64,000 nucleotides of DNA. Origin: an uncultured Chryseobacterium sp. (GTDB lineage Bacteria; Bacteroidota; Bacteroidia; Flavobacteriales_F; PHOS-HE28). The notes below the pieces were generated by a model. It made no database searches, was not told the DNA's origin, and saw only the letters and a list, made by a program, of their open reading frames with translations. The translations under genes were made by a program, and so were the position numbers. The stretch lies in contig CAYXKE010000007.1 in the NCBI GenBank assembly GCA_964464935.1, positions 8,234 through 72,233 of the forward strand. The letters are read 5' to 3'. Within the stretch, counting starts at the first letter, position 1. Every line of letters starts with the position of its first letter. This document shows, piece after piece, positions 9,730 to 18,963 of this stretch.

Positions 9730-10977
9730 ATGACCAAACATCTTCTTCTCACCCTTTGCGCCTCTGCGGCGCTCCGCCTCCATTCCGCCGACCGGATCGT
9801 GGAGGAGTTCGGCACCGCCCCCACCTACCCCAACATCGCCGCCGCCGTGAGCGCGGCCGCGGACGGTGACCGCATCATCATCAAGAACCGCGCGGGCGAC
9901 ATCCCGTGGATCGAGAACATCACCATCGACAAGTCGCTGGAGTTCCTCAACTACATGAACGACGGATACTTCGTGGTGCAGGGCAACTGGACGGTGGTGC
10001 CCGCCGCCGACCGGAAGGTGACCATCAAGGGCATGCGCAATACCAGCGGCTCGATCGTGTTCTCCGGCACGGGCCCCGTGGGGGGCACCCTGGTGCGGGT
10101 GCTCGATGGCCACTTTGTGAACGGCAACGTACAGTTCGCCACGGATGCCATCCGCGGTGAGATCGTGGGGAACCTGTTCGAGAACGGCCATGTGCGGGTG
10201 AACCTCGGCAATGTGGTGGGCAACCAGATCACCACCACCGGAGGCGCGGAATGCATCCGCGTGTCGCCCTCCACCACCCAGTTCCAAGGCGACACCTGTG
10301 CGGTGATCGGCAACGTGCTGAGCGCGTCGGCCGCCGGTGGCACGTGGGAAGGCATCCTGGTCATTGGACGCGCACAGGCTTACCACATCCGCAACAACTG
10401 GATCCAACACAGCTGGATCGGCATCGAAGTGCAGGGCGGCACCGCACAGGGCGTGGCCAACATCGTCGCCAACAACAGCATCCGCAGCCGCACGGGCGGC
10501 ACGGGCACGCGCTACGGCATCAACCTCGCCAACACCCAGAACGGCTCGGTGTGGGAGGTGATGAACAACGCCATCGGCGCCCAGTACGCCGGCGACAACA
10601 GGGGCATCAACCGCGACGGCGGCAGCGGCAACCAGGGCCAGATCAACGTGTACTACAACCATGTGGCCCCCATGCAGGTCACCATCAGCACCGGGTTCAC
10701 CTTCGAGGGCAACAACACCACTGACCAGCCCGTGACCTTCAACGCGGATGGCACCCTGGACAATGCGCCGGCGGCCGTGGACGGCGGCAACCCCGCCGCG
10801 CCCTACTTCGACCTGGACCTCACCATCGGTGATGCCGGTGCCTATGGCGGCAGCTACACGCTGGCCAACTTCTTCCCCCTGCACACCGGCGCCGCACGTG
10901 TGTACATGACCGGCCATCCGTTCAACGTCCGCGAGGGCGCCACCCTGCGTGTGCGCGCCAACGCATGGGACCGCTAA
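9730..10977 (+). CDS. Secreted right-handed parallel beta-helix repeat protein
   Basis: Has a signal peptide (MTKHLLLTLCASAALRLHSA) and repeated I/V-x-N-N / G-N-x-I beta-helix rungs. The C-terminal block reads AAVDGGNPAAPYFDLDLTIGDAGAYGG. No obvious T9SS C-terminal domain. Confidence 0.7.
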   Translation: MTKHLLLTLCASAALRLHSADRIVEEFGTAPTYPNIAAAVSAAADGDRIIIKNRAGDIPWIENITIDKSLEFLNYMNDGYFVVQGNWTVVPAADRKVTIKGMRNTSGSIVFSGTGPVGGTLVRVLDGHFVNGNVQFATDAIRGEIVGNLFENGHVRVNLGNVVGNQITTTGGAECIRVSPSTTQFQGDTCAVIGNVLSASAAGGTWEGILVIGRAQAYHIRNNWIQHSWIGIEVQGGTAQGVANIVANNSIRSRTGGTGTRYGINLANTQNGSVWEVMNNAIGAQYAGDNRGINRDGGSGNQGQINVYYNHVAPMQVTISTGFTFEGNNTTDQPVTFNADGTLDNAPAAVDGGNPAAPYFDLDLTIGDAGAYGGSYTLANFFPLHTGAARVYMTGHPFNVREGATLRVRANAWDR

Positions 10978-10988
10978 GCCCACCGGCC

Positions 10989-12059
10989 ATGCACCATATG
11001 TTGATGCGAACGCTGCTCGCCGTGCTGCTCGTGCCGGCCGTGCTCCCGCTGTGGGCGCAGGGCGTGAGCGCCGCGGAATACTTCTGGGACAACGACCCCG
11101 GCCCCGGTAACGGCACCGCCATGACCGCACTGGACGGCGGCTTCGGCCAAGCCGTGGAGGCCATCCTCATGGAGACCTCCACCCTGCCCGCGCCCGGCCC
11201 GCACAAGCTCGGCATCCGCGTGCGCGACGCCCAGCAGAACTGGGGACCGGTTTTCGCCACCCTGGTGGTGGTCGATCCCTCCCTCACCGCCGTGCCCGAG
11301 ATCCGGGTGACGCACGCCGAGTACTTCTGGGACACGGATCCCGGCACGGGCAACGGCTCCGCCATGCTCGTGTTCGATGGTGACTACAACAGCGCGGTGG
11401 AAGCCGTGATGATGGAGAGCGACGCGCTGCCCGACGTGGGCGTGCACGTGCTGCACATCCGCGCCCGCGACACGCACCTGGCCTGGAGCGCCCCATTCCG
11501 CGTGGTGGTGGACGTGGTGGCCGGTGCGGTGAGCTTCCCGGAGATCCGCGTGACGGCCGCAGAGCACTACTGGGACACCGATCCCGGGCCCGGCAACGGC
11601 ACGCTCATGCTGGCGCTGGATGGCGACTTCAGCAGTGCGTTCGAAGCGCTCCGCGGCGGTGAGATCCCCGGCCCCGTGGAGGCCGGTACGCACGTACTGT
11701 GGCTGCGCGCACGCGACACGCACGGCAACTGGGGCCCGTCCTTCGGCATCGTGGCCCAGATCGACACCACCATCACGGACATCAGCACCGACGTGCCCGC
11801 ACTGACCGATGCGCGCAGCTTGGTGCTGCTGCCCAACCCCGCCCAGGCCGATGGCGGCTTCATCGCCCGTTTCGACAACCCGCGTGATGAGGTGCGCGTG
11901 GTGCTGATCGATGCCGGTGGTCGCCAGGTGGCCGAAGTGCACGCCGGCACCACGCAGGAGGTGGCCGTGCCCCTGCACGGCGTGGCGAGCGGCCTCTACC
12001 ACGTGGGCGTGCATGCCCGCGCCATGCGCACCGAGTGGCGCCGCCTGGTGGTGCACTGA
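10989..12059 (+). CDS. T9SS cargo protein with three tandem 81-aa AEYFWDxDPGxGNG repeats and a C-terminal sorting domain
   Basis: The ATG at 10989 gives a signal peptide (MHHMLMRTLLAVLLVPAVLPLWAQ). Three 243-nt-period repeats follow. The C-terminus (LVLLPNPAQADGGF...GLYHVGVH...RRLVVH) looks like a type A T9SS C-terminal domain. Confidence 0.8.
   Translation: MHHMLMRTLLAVLLVPAVLPLWAQGVSAAEYFWDNDPGPGNGTAMTALDGGFGQAVEAILMETSTLPAPGPHKLGIRVRDAQQNWGPVFATLVVVDPSLTAVPEIRVTHAEYFWDTDPGTGNGSAMLVFDGDYNSAVEAVMMESDALPDVGVHVLHIRARDTHLAWSAPFRVVVDVVAGAVSFPEIRVTAAEHYWDTDPGPGNGTLMLALDGDFSSAFEALRGGEIPGPVEAGTHVLWLRARDTHGNWGPSFGIVAQIDTTITDISTDVPALTDARSLVLLPNPAQADGGFIARFDNPRDEVRVVLIDAGGRQVAEVHAGTTQEVAVPLHGVASGLYHVGVHARAMRTEWRRLVVH
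11073..11759 (+). repeat. Intragenic tandem repeat, 3 units with 243-nt period (units start at 11073, 11316, 11559)
   Basis: Protein-level repeat AEYFWD(N/T)DPG(P/T)GNG(T/S)AM...DG(G/D)(F/Y)..A.EA...E...LP..G.H.L.IRARD....W(G/S).PF, read three times. Confidence 0.85.
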
Positions 12060-12069
12060 CCGCGACCGC

Positions 12070-12116
12070 ACAAAATGCAGGGGCGGTCCGATCGGTCCGC
12101 CCCTTCCATTTTCCGG
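12070..12116. terminator. Bidirectional intrinsic terminator between convergent genes
   Basis: Stem AGGGGCGG (12079-12086) pairs with CCGCCCCT (12097-12104) around a 10-nt loop. It is followed by TCCATTTTCC on the plus strand and GCATTTTG on the minus strand. Confidence 0.7.
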
Positions 12117-12135
12117 CAGGTCCGTCCCCGCAGGT

Positions 12136-13854
12136 TCAGAAGGCGTAGGTGGCACCACCCATCAGCAGACCGCGCTGCACGGGATGGCGGTACCAGCGCT
12201 CGTACTTGCTTGCGCTGAGGTTGCTCATGTCCAGGAACACGCTCAGGCGGCGGGTGTAGCGGTACTCCAGACCGAGGTACAGGTCCATGAAGCCATCGAG
12301 CTCGGTGCGCGTGTGCGGCACGGCCTCGTCGGCGGGTTCGGCCAGGCGGAACGCAGGACGCGCGCCCAGGAACTGCGCCTCGAGCTTGGCGATGAGCTTG
12401 TCGCGCAACGCATAGCGCCCACCGAGGGTCACCCGGTAGGGCGGCAGGTTCCACGGGCGCTCCTCCATGCGCGTGGTGTAGCTGAACACCTCGGCACGGC
12501 CCAGGAACGACAGCGCCTCGCCATCGCGATAGCGCAGTTCGCCGCTCACGGTGGTGATGCCCACCCGGTCGTACACCACGCCCATGCGGTCGCCGAAGGG
12601 CGGCATGGGCACATTGATGTACAGCGGCAGGTCGTCCCACTTGGCGATGCTCACACGCACATCAAAGCCGATATGGCGGCTGAAGCTGCCGCGCAGACCG
12701 CCGTAGGCATCGTACTTCAGGCTGGAATTGGCCAGGCCCGGCGCACCGCCCAGCCAGGGGTTCTCGCGCGTGAGGCTGCGGAAGCTGTTGCGGCGGCGTT
12801 CGCCCGTGAGGCCGGCGTAGGGGATCAGGATGTCGCTGAAGAGGCGGTAGCTCAGATCGGCATGCGGGAAGAAGTGGAACGTGGTGCGCCCCATGCCATC
12901 GATGTGGATGCCCGCGCCCACGGTCACATCGTAACGCTCACCACGAGTGCGCACATGCGGCGTGAAGCCCACGAGGATGCCGTTCTGCCGCACCTCGCCC
13001 AGGATGCCGCCCAGATCGGCGCGGTACGCGTTGTTGTCCAGCACCACGCCCAGGCCGAAATACTCGCGCCCTTCGTATTTGCCCACCCCGCCCTGCAGGC
13101 GGATGTTGGTCTCGCGGCTGCCGGCCAGGTTGCTGTACGCGTGCACCTCCACGCCCGCATCGTGCGCCAGGCGCGTGCTGTCCTTGTAGGTGCTGCGCAC
13201 GCGGGCCGCGAAGCCGATGTCGTTGTAGATCTGGTGGCGCGCATCGGCGGGCGGATCGATCATCTGGTCGATCGCATGCGCGATGCTGTCGTTGCTCGGG
13301 TAGCCGTAGTAGCTCACGCGGCGACGGTCGTACATGAGGCGGCCGCCCACTTCATGCTCGGGCAGGAACTGCGTGTAGTGCCCGTCGATGCTGTTGAAGC
13401 TGTAGTCGCTGGGACCCATGTCCTGCAGGCCGCCATTGCTGCTCATGTGCTTGGCGTGCACGCCCCAGGTGTTGGTGCGCGAGCGGCCCTGGTCGTAGTA
13501 CAGCTCGCCCAGCGGTGTGGTGTACAGGCCGAAGCCCGCCTTCACGAAGCCGCGGTAGATGCGCTGTTGGGGCGTTTGGACGGACAGGCGTGCCGGGGCG
13601 ATGCTGTCCACGCGCGGTGGGATCTCGGCCTTCACCCCCAGCACCGAATAGGTCACGGGCTGCTCGGGCACGATGGTGTCGAGGCGCTGCGGGCGGAGGT
13701 CGATCTTGCGCGCATCGGCGATCACCGGGCTGAACACGCCTTGGATCACGTACTCGTTGCCGCTTTGCAGGGGCGTGGTGCCACCGGTCTGGGCGAGCGC
13801 GGCCGGCACCGCGAGGGCGGCGCTCAACAGGAGGGCTGTGCGGTGCTTGCTCAT
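12136..13854 (-). CDS. Outer-membrane beta-barrel protein ('putative porin'-like, 572 aa)
   Basis: Has a signal peptide (MSKHRTALLLSAALAVPAALAQ), alternating aromatic/Gly beta-strand pattern, and a C-terminal ...GGATYAF ending in Phe. Its ATG overlaps the upstream TPR gene's stop (ATGA at 13851-13854). Confidence 0.7.
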   Translation of the reverse strand: MSKHRTALLLSAALAVPAALAQTGGTTPLQSGNEYVIQGVFSPVIADARKIDLRPQRLDTIVPEQPVTYSVLGVKAEIPPRVDSIAPARLSVQTPQQRIYRGFVKAGFGLYTTPLGELYYDQGRSRTNTWGVHAKHMSSNGGLQDMGPSDYSFNSIDGHYTQFLPEHEVGGRLMYDRRRVSYYGYPSNDSIAHAIDQMIDPPADARHQIYNDIGFAARVRSTYKDSTRLAHDAGVEVHAYSNLAGSRETNIRLQGGVGKYEGREYFGLGVVLDNNAYRADLGGILGEVRQNGILVGFTPHVRTRGERYDVTVGAGIHIDGMGRTTFHFFPHADLSYRLFSDILIPYAGLTGERRRNSFRSLTRENPWLGGAPGLANSSLKYDAYGGLRGSFSRHIGFDVRVSIAKWDDLPLYINVPMPPFGDRMGVVYDRVGITTVSGELRYRDGEALSFLGRAEVFSYTTRMEERPWNLPPYRVTLGGRYALRDKLIAKLEAQFLGARPAFRLAEPADEAVPHTRTELDGFMDLYLGLEYRYTRRLSVFLDMSNLSASKYERWYRHPVQRGLLMGGATYAF

Positions 13855-16800
13855 CGTTCGCTTTCCGTGCCGGGCATGGGCACCTCGGGGATGTCTTGCT
13901 CGCCCTGGGGCACCTCCATGCGCTGCTGTTCACCGGCCACGATGGCATCCAGGCGTTGGCGGGCCTGGGCCACGAGCTCGGGCTCCTGGCAGTTGTCGAT
14001 CACGCTCTGCAGGGTGGCCTTCGCCTGGAAGAGGTCGCCCATGGCGGCGTACACCTCGCCAAGCAGAATGAAGGCGCGGGCTTTCCAGTGGTCGTGCGCG
14101 GGATAGCGCTGGGCCAGTTCGAAGACCTCCTTCTCGGCATCGGCGTGGCGGCCCTGCATGTGGCGGATGTAGGCCTGGTGGAACTTGGCCTCGGCGCCGC
14201 TGGCGTTGGTGGTGGCCTGGCTCACACTGCGGAAGGCGGTGTAGGCGGCATCGTACTGCTCCCGGCTCAGCTCGCCGTGCGCCAGCACCAGACCGGCTTC
14301 GGCTTTCAGGTCGGCCGCGGCGTCGGGGTTGTCCAGGACGTTGCGCGCGGCGTCGGCGGCATCGCCCGGGCGACCCAGGTGACGCAGGCTGCGCATGCGG
14401 CCCACCTGAGCGGCCAGCTTGTTCTGCGGGTATGCCGCCACCTGCTCCAGCCGCGCGAAATGCTCCATCGCACCCTGCCAGCGCTGCTGCTTGAAGCTGA
14501 TGTCGGCCGCACCGAAGAGCGCGCTCTCCAGGAACTGCGGCAGGTTGCCCGCCACCACGGCCTCCAGATCGGGCAGTGCCTGATCGAGCTCGCCTGCGCG
14601 GTACAGGCAGTCGCCGCGATAGAACCGGGCGTTCAGCGCATAGGCGCCGTTCGGGTACTTCGCCAGGTAGTCGCCCAGTACGCCGATGGCCTGCGCACAA
14701 CGCTCGTTGAAGTACAGCTCCTCGGCGCTGCGGAAGTACTTCTCGTCCAGATCGAGCGAGGCGGGATCCACGAACGACAGCGTGCGTACGTAGGCCTCGT
14801 ACTCGCCGACCCGGCCCTCCTGGATGTAGATGGACTCGATGCCGGCGAGGGCTTCGCGGGCGCCGTCCAGTGTGGGGTACTTCGCCACGATGGCCTTGAA
14901 CTGCTCCAGCGCCTTGGTGGTGTTGCCCTGCCGGCGATGGATCAGCGCGATCTGCAGCATGGCCGGCCGCACGTGCGGGCTGTTCGGGTGCTGCTCGATG
15001 AGCATGTTGTAGTGCGAGAGCGCCTCGCTGTCCTTCTCCTGGTTGATGTAGGTCTCGGCCAGCTGATAGCGCGCATCGGCGGCGAATCGCGAGCCGGGCT
15101 GGTCGTTCAGCAGGGCGGTGAGCGTGGCGATCTTGCCCGGGTTGTCGCGCAGCAGGCCCTGCACCACGCCCTTCTGGTACCGGGCATAGTCGCGGTCGGG
15201 CGAGTGGAGGGCCGCGGCCTGCTCGTACCAGCGCAGGGCAGCGTCGTTGTCGCGGGCCACAAAGGCGCAATCGCCCAGGCGCATCAACGCGTCGGCGCGC
15301 TGGCGGTCGTCGCCGGTGCGGGCCATGATGAAGCGACGGAAGCTCACCGCGGCCTCGCCATAGTCCTTCAGCTTGAAGTACGTGTAGCCCATGCCGTAGC
15401 CCGCCTGCTCATAGAGCTCGGTGGCATACGATCCCGGGCTGTTGCGCAGGTCGTCGTATTTGCGCAGCGCGGCCTGGTACTCGCCCTTGCCGTAGTACGA
15501 CTCGGCCATCCAGTAGTGGGCCATGGCGTTCACGCGGGGGTCCTGCGGGTACTTCAGCGCCCGCTCGAAGAACAGGGCGGCATCGGCGTACTTGCGCGCC
15601 TCGTACAGCTCCACGCCGCGATCGTAGGCCAGGCGCTGGTAGGCCTCCTTCAGGCGCAGGTCCAGCGTACGCACTTCATCCAACGCCTCCAGCGCCGCCT
15701 CGTAGTTGCGGGTGCGCATGTACACGTTCAGCAGGAAGCCGTAAGCCTCATCGCGCCGCGGCGTGTCGGGGTAGGTGCGCAGGTAGTTGCGCAGCGCGTT
15801 GATCGCCTCGTGGTACGGGTCGAAGCTCAGTTCATAGGCCAGCTTGGCGTACTGGAAGAGGGCGTCCTCGGCCACGCGCGTGTCGTGCCCCAGCTCGTAG
15901 GCCCGCTTGAAGGCGGTGCGCGCGGCGTTCTTCTCGTCCAACTTCAGGTAGCTGTCGGCCATGTGGTACGTGGCCAGCTGGGCCAGGCTGTCGTCCGCAT
16001 TGGCCACTTGGGTGAAGGTGTTCACGGCCTTGCGGTGGTCGCCGCTACGGTAGTAGGCATAGCCCAGCATGTAGCGGTCCGTACGCTCCACACCCACGCG
16101 CTGCACGCTCTTCTCGAGGTACGGCACGGACTCGGTGAATCGACCGCGCCGGTAATGCGCCTCGCCCGCCAGCCGATTGATCTGGTCCATGCGCCGCGTG
16201 CCCTGGGGGTCTTCCAGCAGCTCCTTCACGTAGGCGTCAAGCTGATCGTACTCCCCCTGCAGGAAGAGGATCTCGGCGATGTAGTAGCGCACGATCCGGC
16301 CGAAGTCGGGGTCCTTCTCCAGCGTGCGGAAGGCGGCCAGTGCGGTGGCGTGGTTGCCGCGTTCGTACTCGATGTGGGCCGCGTAGTACGTGGCCGGCAC
16401 GGCGTACATGCCCGAACCGGGCTCATGCTTCACCGCGCTGAACTCGGCCAGGGCACGCTCGCGATCGCCCTCTTGGAAGAAGGCATAGCCGCGCTTGAAA
16501 CGATACTCCTCCAGATCGGCAGCGCCCAGGGCGAAGCGGTCCACCTGGTCGCTCCACGCGATGGCCTCGGCCCATTTGCGCTGGGCGAAGGCATGGCGGA
16601 ACAGCTCCATGCGCACCGCGGGCACGTGCTGGCTGCCGGGGTGGTCGGCGATGAAGGCGCGCAGCTTGTGGGCCGCGTCGTTGTTGAAGAGGTGCACGGC
16701 GCACAGGGCGAGGTGGTACTCGGCCTCGATGCGCTCGGGGGCGTGGCGGTCAGCGATGCGCTCCACCACGCGCTCCAGTTCGTACCGCGCGGCGCCGTAC

Positions 16801-16955
16801 TTGGCCATGTGGTAGAGCTCCAACGCGTGCACCAGGTCGGCGTCGCGGTGTTCGTAGTGCGCCGGCCGCTGCGCAAAGGCGGCGTTCCCCGGGGATGTGC
16901 ACCACAGGGCGAGCGCCAGCAGCGGGCCGCCGTACGGATGAAGGGAAGGCCTCAT
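13851..16955 (-). CDS. Large tetratricopeptide-repeat (TPR) protein (about 1034 aa), secreted/periplasmic
   Basis: TPR-like A-x-x-x-Y/F-x-x-A-x-x-Y periodicity runs throughout. The ATG at 16955 gives MRPSLHPYGGPLLALALWCTSPGNAAFAQ, a signal peptide. The track start at 17033 adds 26 poor residues. Confidence 0.8.
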   Translation of the reverse strand: MRPSLHPYGGPLLALALWCTSPGNAAFAQRPAHYEHRDADLVHALELYHMAKYGAARYELERVVERIADRHAPERIEAEYHLALCAVHLFNNDAAHKLRAFIADHPGSQHVPAVRMELFRHAFAQRKWAEAIAWSDQVDRFALGAADLEEYRFKRGYAFFQEGDRERALAEFSAVKHEPGSGMYAVPATYYAAHIEYERGNHATALAAFRTLEKDPDFGRIVRYYIAEILFLQGEYDQLDAYVKELLEDPQGTRRMDQINRLAGEAHYRRGRFTESVPYLEKSVQRVGVERTDRYMLGYAYYRSGDHRKAVNTFTQVANADDSLAQLATYHMADSYLKLDEKNAARTAFKRAYELGHDTRVAEDALFQYAKLAYELSFDPYHEAINALRNYLRTYPDTPRRDEAYGFLLNVYMRTRNYEAALEALDEVRTLDLRLKEAYQRLAYDRGVELYEARKYADAALFFERALKYPQDPRVNAMAHYWMAESYYGKGEYQAALRKYDDLRNSPGSYATELYEQAGYGMGYTYFKLKDYGEAAVSFRRFIMARTGDDRQRADALMRLGDCAFVARDNDAALRWYEQAAALHSPDRDYARYQKGVVQGLLRDNPGKIATLTALLNDQPGSRFAADARYQLAETYINQEKDSEALSHYNMLIEQHPNSPHVRPAMLQIALIHRRQGNTTKALEQFKAIVAKYPTLDGAREALAGIESIYIQEGRVGEYEAYVRTLSFVDPASLDLDEKYFRSAEELYFNERCAQAIGVLGDYLAKYPNGAYALNARFYRGDCLYRAGELDQALPDLEAVVAGNLPQFLESALFGAADISFKQQRWQGAMEHFARLEQVAAYPQNKLAAQVGRMRSLRHLGRPGDAADAARNVLDNPDAAADLKAEAGLVLAHGELSREQYDAAYTAFRSVSQATTNASGAEAKFHQAYIRHMQGRHADAEKEVFELAQRYPAHDHWKARAFILLGEVYAAMGDLFQAKATLQSVIDNCQEPELVAQARQRLDAIVAGEQQRMEVPQGEQDIPEVPMPGTESER

Positions 16956-16963
16956 GGATCGGT

Positions 16964-16971
16964 CAAAGTTC
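16964..16971 (-). promoter_or_regulatory. Candidate -7 promoter box GAACTTTG, 8 nt upstream of the TPR gene ATG
   Basis: Minus strand reads GGAACTTTGACCGATCCATG, a 7/8 match to the Bacteroidetes TAnnTTTG box. Confidence 0.35.
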
Positions 16972-17126
16972 CGGCCGGTGCGAAGGGGGGGACGGGCGGG
17001 GAGCGGCGGACTTATCCACGCCACGCTGTTCACCCCCGGCAGCCCACCGCACCACCTTCAACGCGCAGGAGCGGCCGGAAATTTTGGACCTTTGACGCAT
17101 CCCGCCATCACGCGTCGTCCTCGCCC

Positions 17127-17816
17127 ATGAGCAGCTCCCCCATCATCCTGTTGCACAACGTGCGGATCCACCAGAACGAGAACGTGGTGCTGAGCAACGT
17201 GGACCTCACCGTGCAGAAAGGTGAGTTCCTCTACCTCATCGGCCGCACCGGCAGCGGCAAGAGCAGCCTCATGCGCACGCTCTACGGCGACCTGCCCCTG
17301 CGCGAGGGCGAGGGCCACGTGGCCGGTTTCGACCTCACGAAGCTCAAGCGGAAGCAGACCCCCTACCTGCGCCGCAAACTGGGCATCGTGTTCCAGGACT
17401 TCCAGCTGCTGGGCGACCGCAACGTGAACGACAACCTGCTCTTCGTGCTGAAGGCCACGGGCTGGAAGGACAAGCGCCGCATGGCGGAGCGCGTGGAGCA
17501 GGTGCTGGAGAAGGTGGGCCTCGCCACCAAGGGCTACAAGATGCCGCACGAGCTCAGCGGTGGGGAGCAGCAGCGCGTGAGCATCGCCCGCGCCCTCCTC
17601 AACGACCCCGAGCTGATCCTGGCCGACGAACCCACCGGCAACCTCGATCCCGAGACCACGGGCGAGATCGTGGACCTGCTCTTCCAGATCAGCCGCAGCG
17701 GCAACAGCGTGATCATGGCCACGCACGACTACACGCACATGAAGCAGTTCCACACGCGGGTGGTGCGTTGTGCCGATGGGCAGCTGCAGGAGCTGAGCGC
17801 GGCCGGTGCGGTCTGA
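17127..17816 (+). CDS. ftsE: Cell-division-type ABC ATPase FtsE-like
   Basis: Walker [10 protein letters not shown], signature LSGGEQQR, Walker [12 protein letters not shown]. 229 aa from the ATG at 17127. It was buried in the spurious 1306-aa track ORF 13896..17816. Confidence 0.8.
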   Translation: MSSSPIILLHNVRIHQNENVVLSNVDLTVQKGEFLYLIGRTGSGKSSLMRTLYGDLPLREGEGHVAGFDLTKLKRKQTPYLRRKLGIVFQDFQLLGDRNVNDNLLFVLKATGWKDKRRMAERVEQVLEKVGLATKGYKMPHELSGGEQQRVSIARALLNDPELILADEPTGNLDPETTGEIVDLLFQISRSGNSVIMATHDYTHMKQFHTRVVRCADGQLQELSAAGAV

Positions 17817-17832
17817 ACGCCCGTTGACCTTT

Positions 17833-18963
17833 TCACCTGACCGGCCGGTCCAACAACGCCAGGATCCGCTCGGCGTTGCAGCGGTTGCTGAACCGCTCCT
17901 CCAGCACGCGCGTGCGCTCGGCGGTCACGGTGGCGTCGACCGGGCGCTCCATGCAGGCGAGGATGCTGCGGCGCATGGCCTCCGGATCATCGTGCACGTG
18001 GCACAGGCCGTCCAGACCGGTGCCCTCCACCATGGGCCGGTTGCACACCACGTGGCGGCCGGTGAAGAGGCACAGCAGCAGCTTCAGCTTGATGCCCGTG
18101 GCCTGGAAAGTGGGCAGCACGTTCACCTGGGCCTGGCGCACCAGCCGGTGGATCTCGTCCGTGCCGATGCCGCTGCGCAGCTCCACGTTGGGCATCCGCG
18201 CCACTTCACGACGCAGTTCCCGGCTCGGGTCGCTGCCGGCGATCACCAGCTTCGCATCCAAACCTGGGAACACGCGGCGCACCAGGAAGAGCGCGGCCTG
18301 GTCGTTCTCCGGCACGCCGAGCGCACCGTGGTACAGGGCGAAGTCGCCGGTGCCGGAGGGCACCTCCACGTGATGGCAGGCGTGGAAGGCCGGCACGTGC
18401 ACCACATGGCGGAAGTGGCCGGCGAAGTAGGCTTCGTCCTTCGGGGAGATGGCCAGGATGTGGTCGGCCTCGCTCAGCACCGGCTCGAAGCGCTGCAGCT
18501 TGCGGGCCTCGTTGAGGAAGTAGGTGCGGCGGAAGGCGTTGCCATCGGCCTTGGCCAGCGCGGCGTAGTAGTCGTGCTCCACGTTGTGGGCGCGCACCAG
18601 CCGGCGGCGACCGGCCAGTCGCGGATCGCCCAGGTGGAAGCAGCAGTGGAGCCCCTCGAACAGGATGGGGTGGTCGTCCTTGGCGAGGCGGTGCACCAAG
18701 GCCTCACTGCGGCGGCTCACCACCACATAAGGCAGCGCGTTGAACAGCTGCATGCGGCCCAGGCGGCGCGGGTAGTAGTGCACCTCGGCGCAGAGGTCGT
18801 CCAGTTCGCGGGCGCGGGGGCGACCGTACTGGAAGCAGTGCAGATGCACCTTCACGCCGATCGCATGCAGGGCCTTCACCTTGTGGTACACGTCGATCAC
18901 CCCGCCATAATCCGGTGGGGCGGGCACGTCGAAGCTGACGATATGCAGATGGGGCTCAGCCAA
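17833..18963 (-). CDS. Glycosyltransferase (GT1/GT4-like, mannosyltransferase-type)
   Basis: HLHIVSFDVPAPPDYGGVIDVYHKVKALHAIGVKVHLHCFQYG matches the N-terminus of a conserved Bacteroidetes glycosyltransferase. There is no in-frame ATG nearby. The proposed TTG start at 18963 (TTGGCTGA) overlaps the upstream gene's stop by 8 nt. The start is uncertain. Confidence 0.7.
   Translation of the reverse strand: MAEPHLHIVSFDVPAPPDYGGVIDVYHKVKALHAIGVKVHLHCFQYGRPRARELDDLCAEVHYYPRRLGRMQLFNALPYVVVSRRSEALVHRLAKDDHPILFEGLHCCFHLGDPRLAGRRRLVRAHNVEHDYYAALAKADGNAFRRTYFLNEARKLQRFEPVLSEADHILAISPKDEAYFAGHFRHVVHVPAFHACHHVEVPSGTGDFALYHGALGVPENDQAALFLVRRVFPGLDAKLVIAGSDPSRELRREVARMPNVELRSGIGTDEIHRLVRQAQVNVLPTFQATGIKLKLLLCLFTGRHVVCNRPMVEGTGLDGLCHVHDDPEAMRRSILACMERPVDATVTAERTRVLEERFSNRCNAERILALLDRPVR

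Noticed and set aside
13896-17816. 1306-aa plus-strand ORF, the longest in the track
   Set aside because: It is antisense to the TPR gene for most of its length and its product is Ala/Gly/Val/Arg/His junk. Only its last 229 codons (17127..17816) encode a real protein, the FtsE-like ATPase, which happens to be in the same frame.
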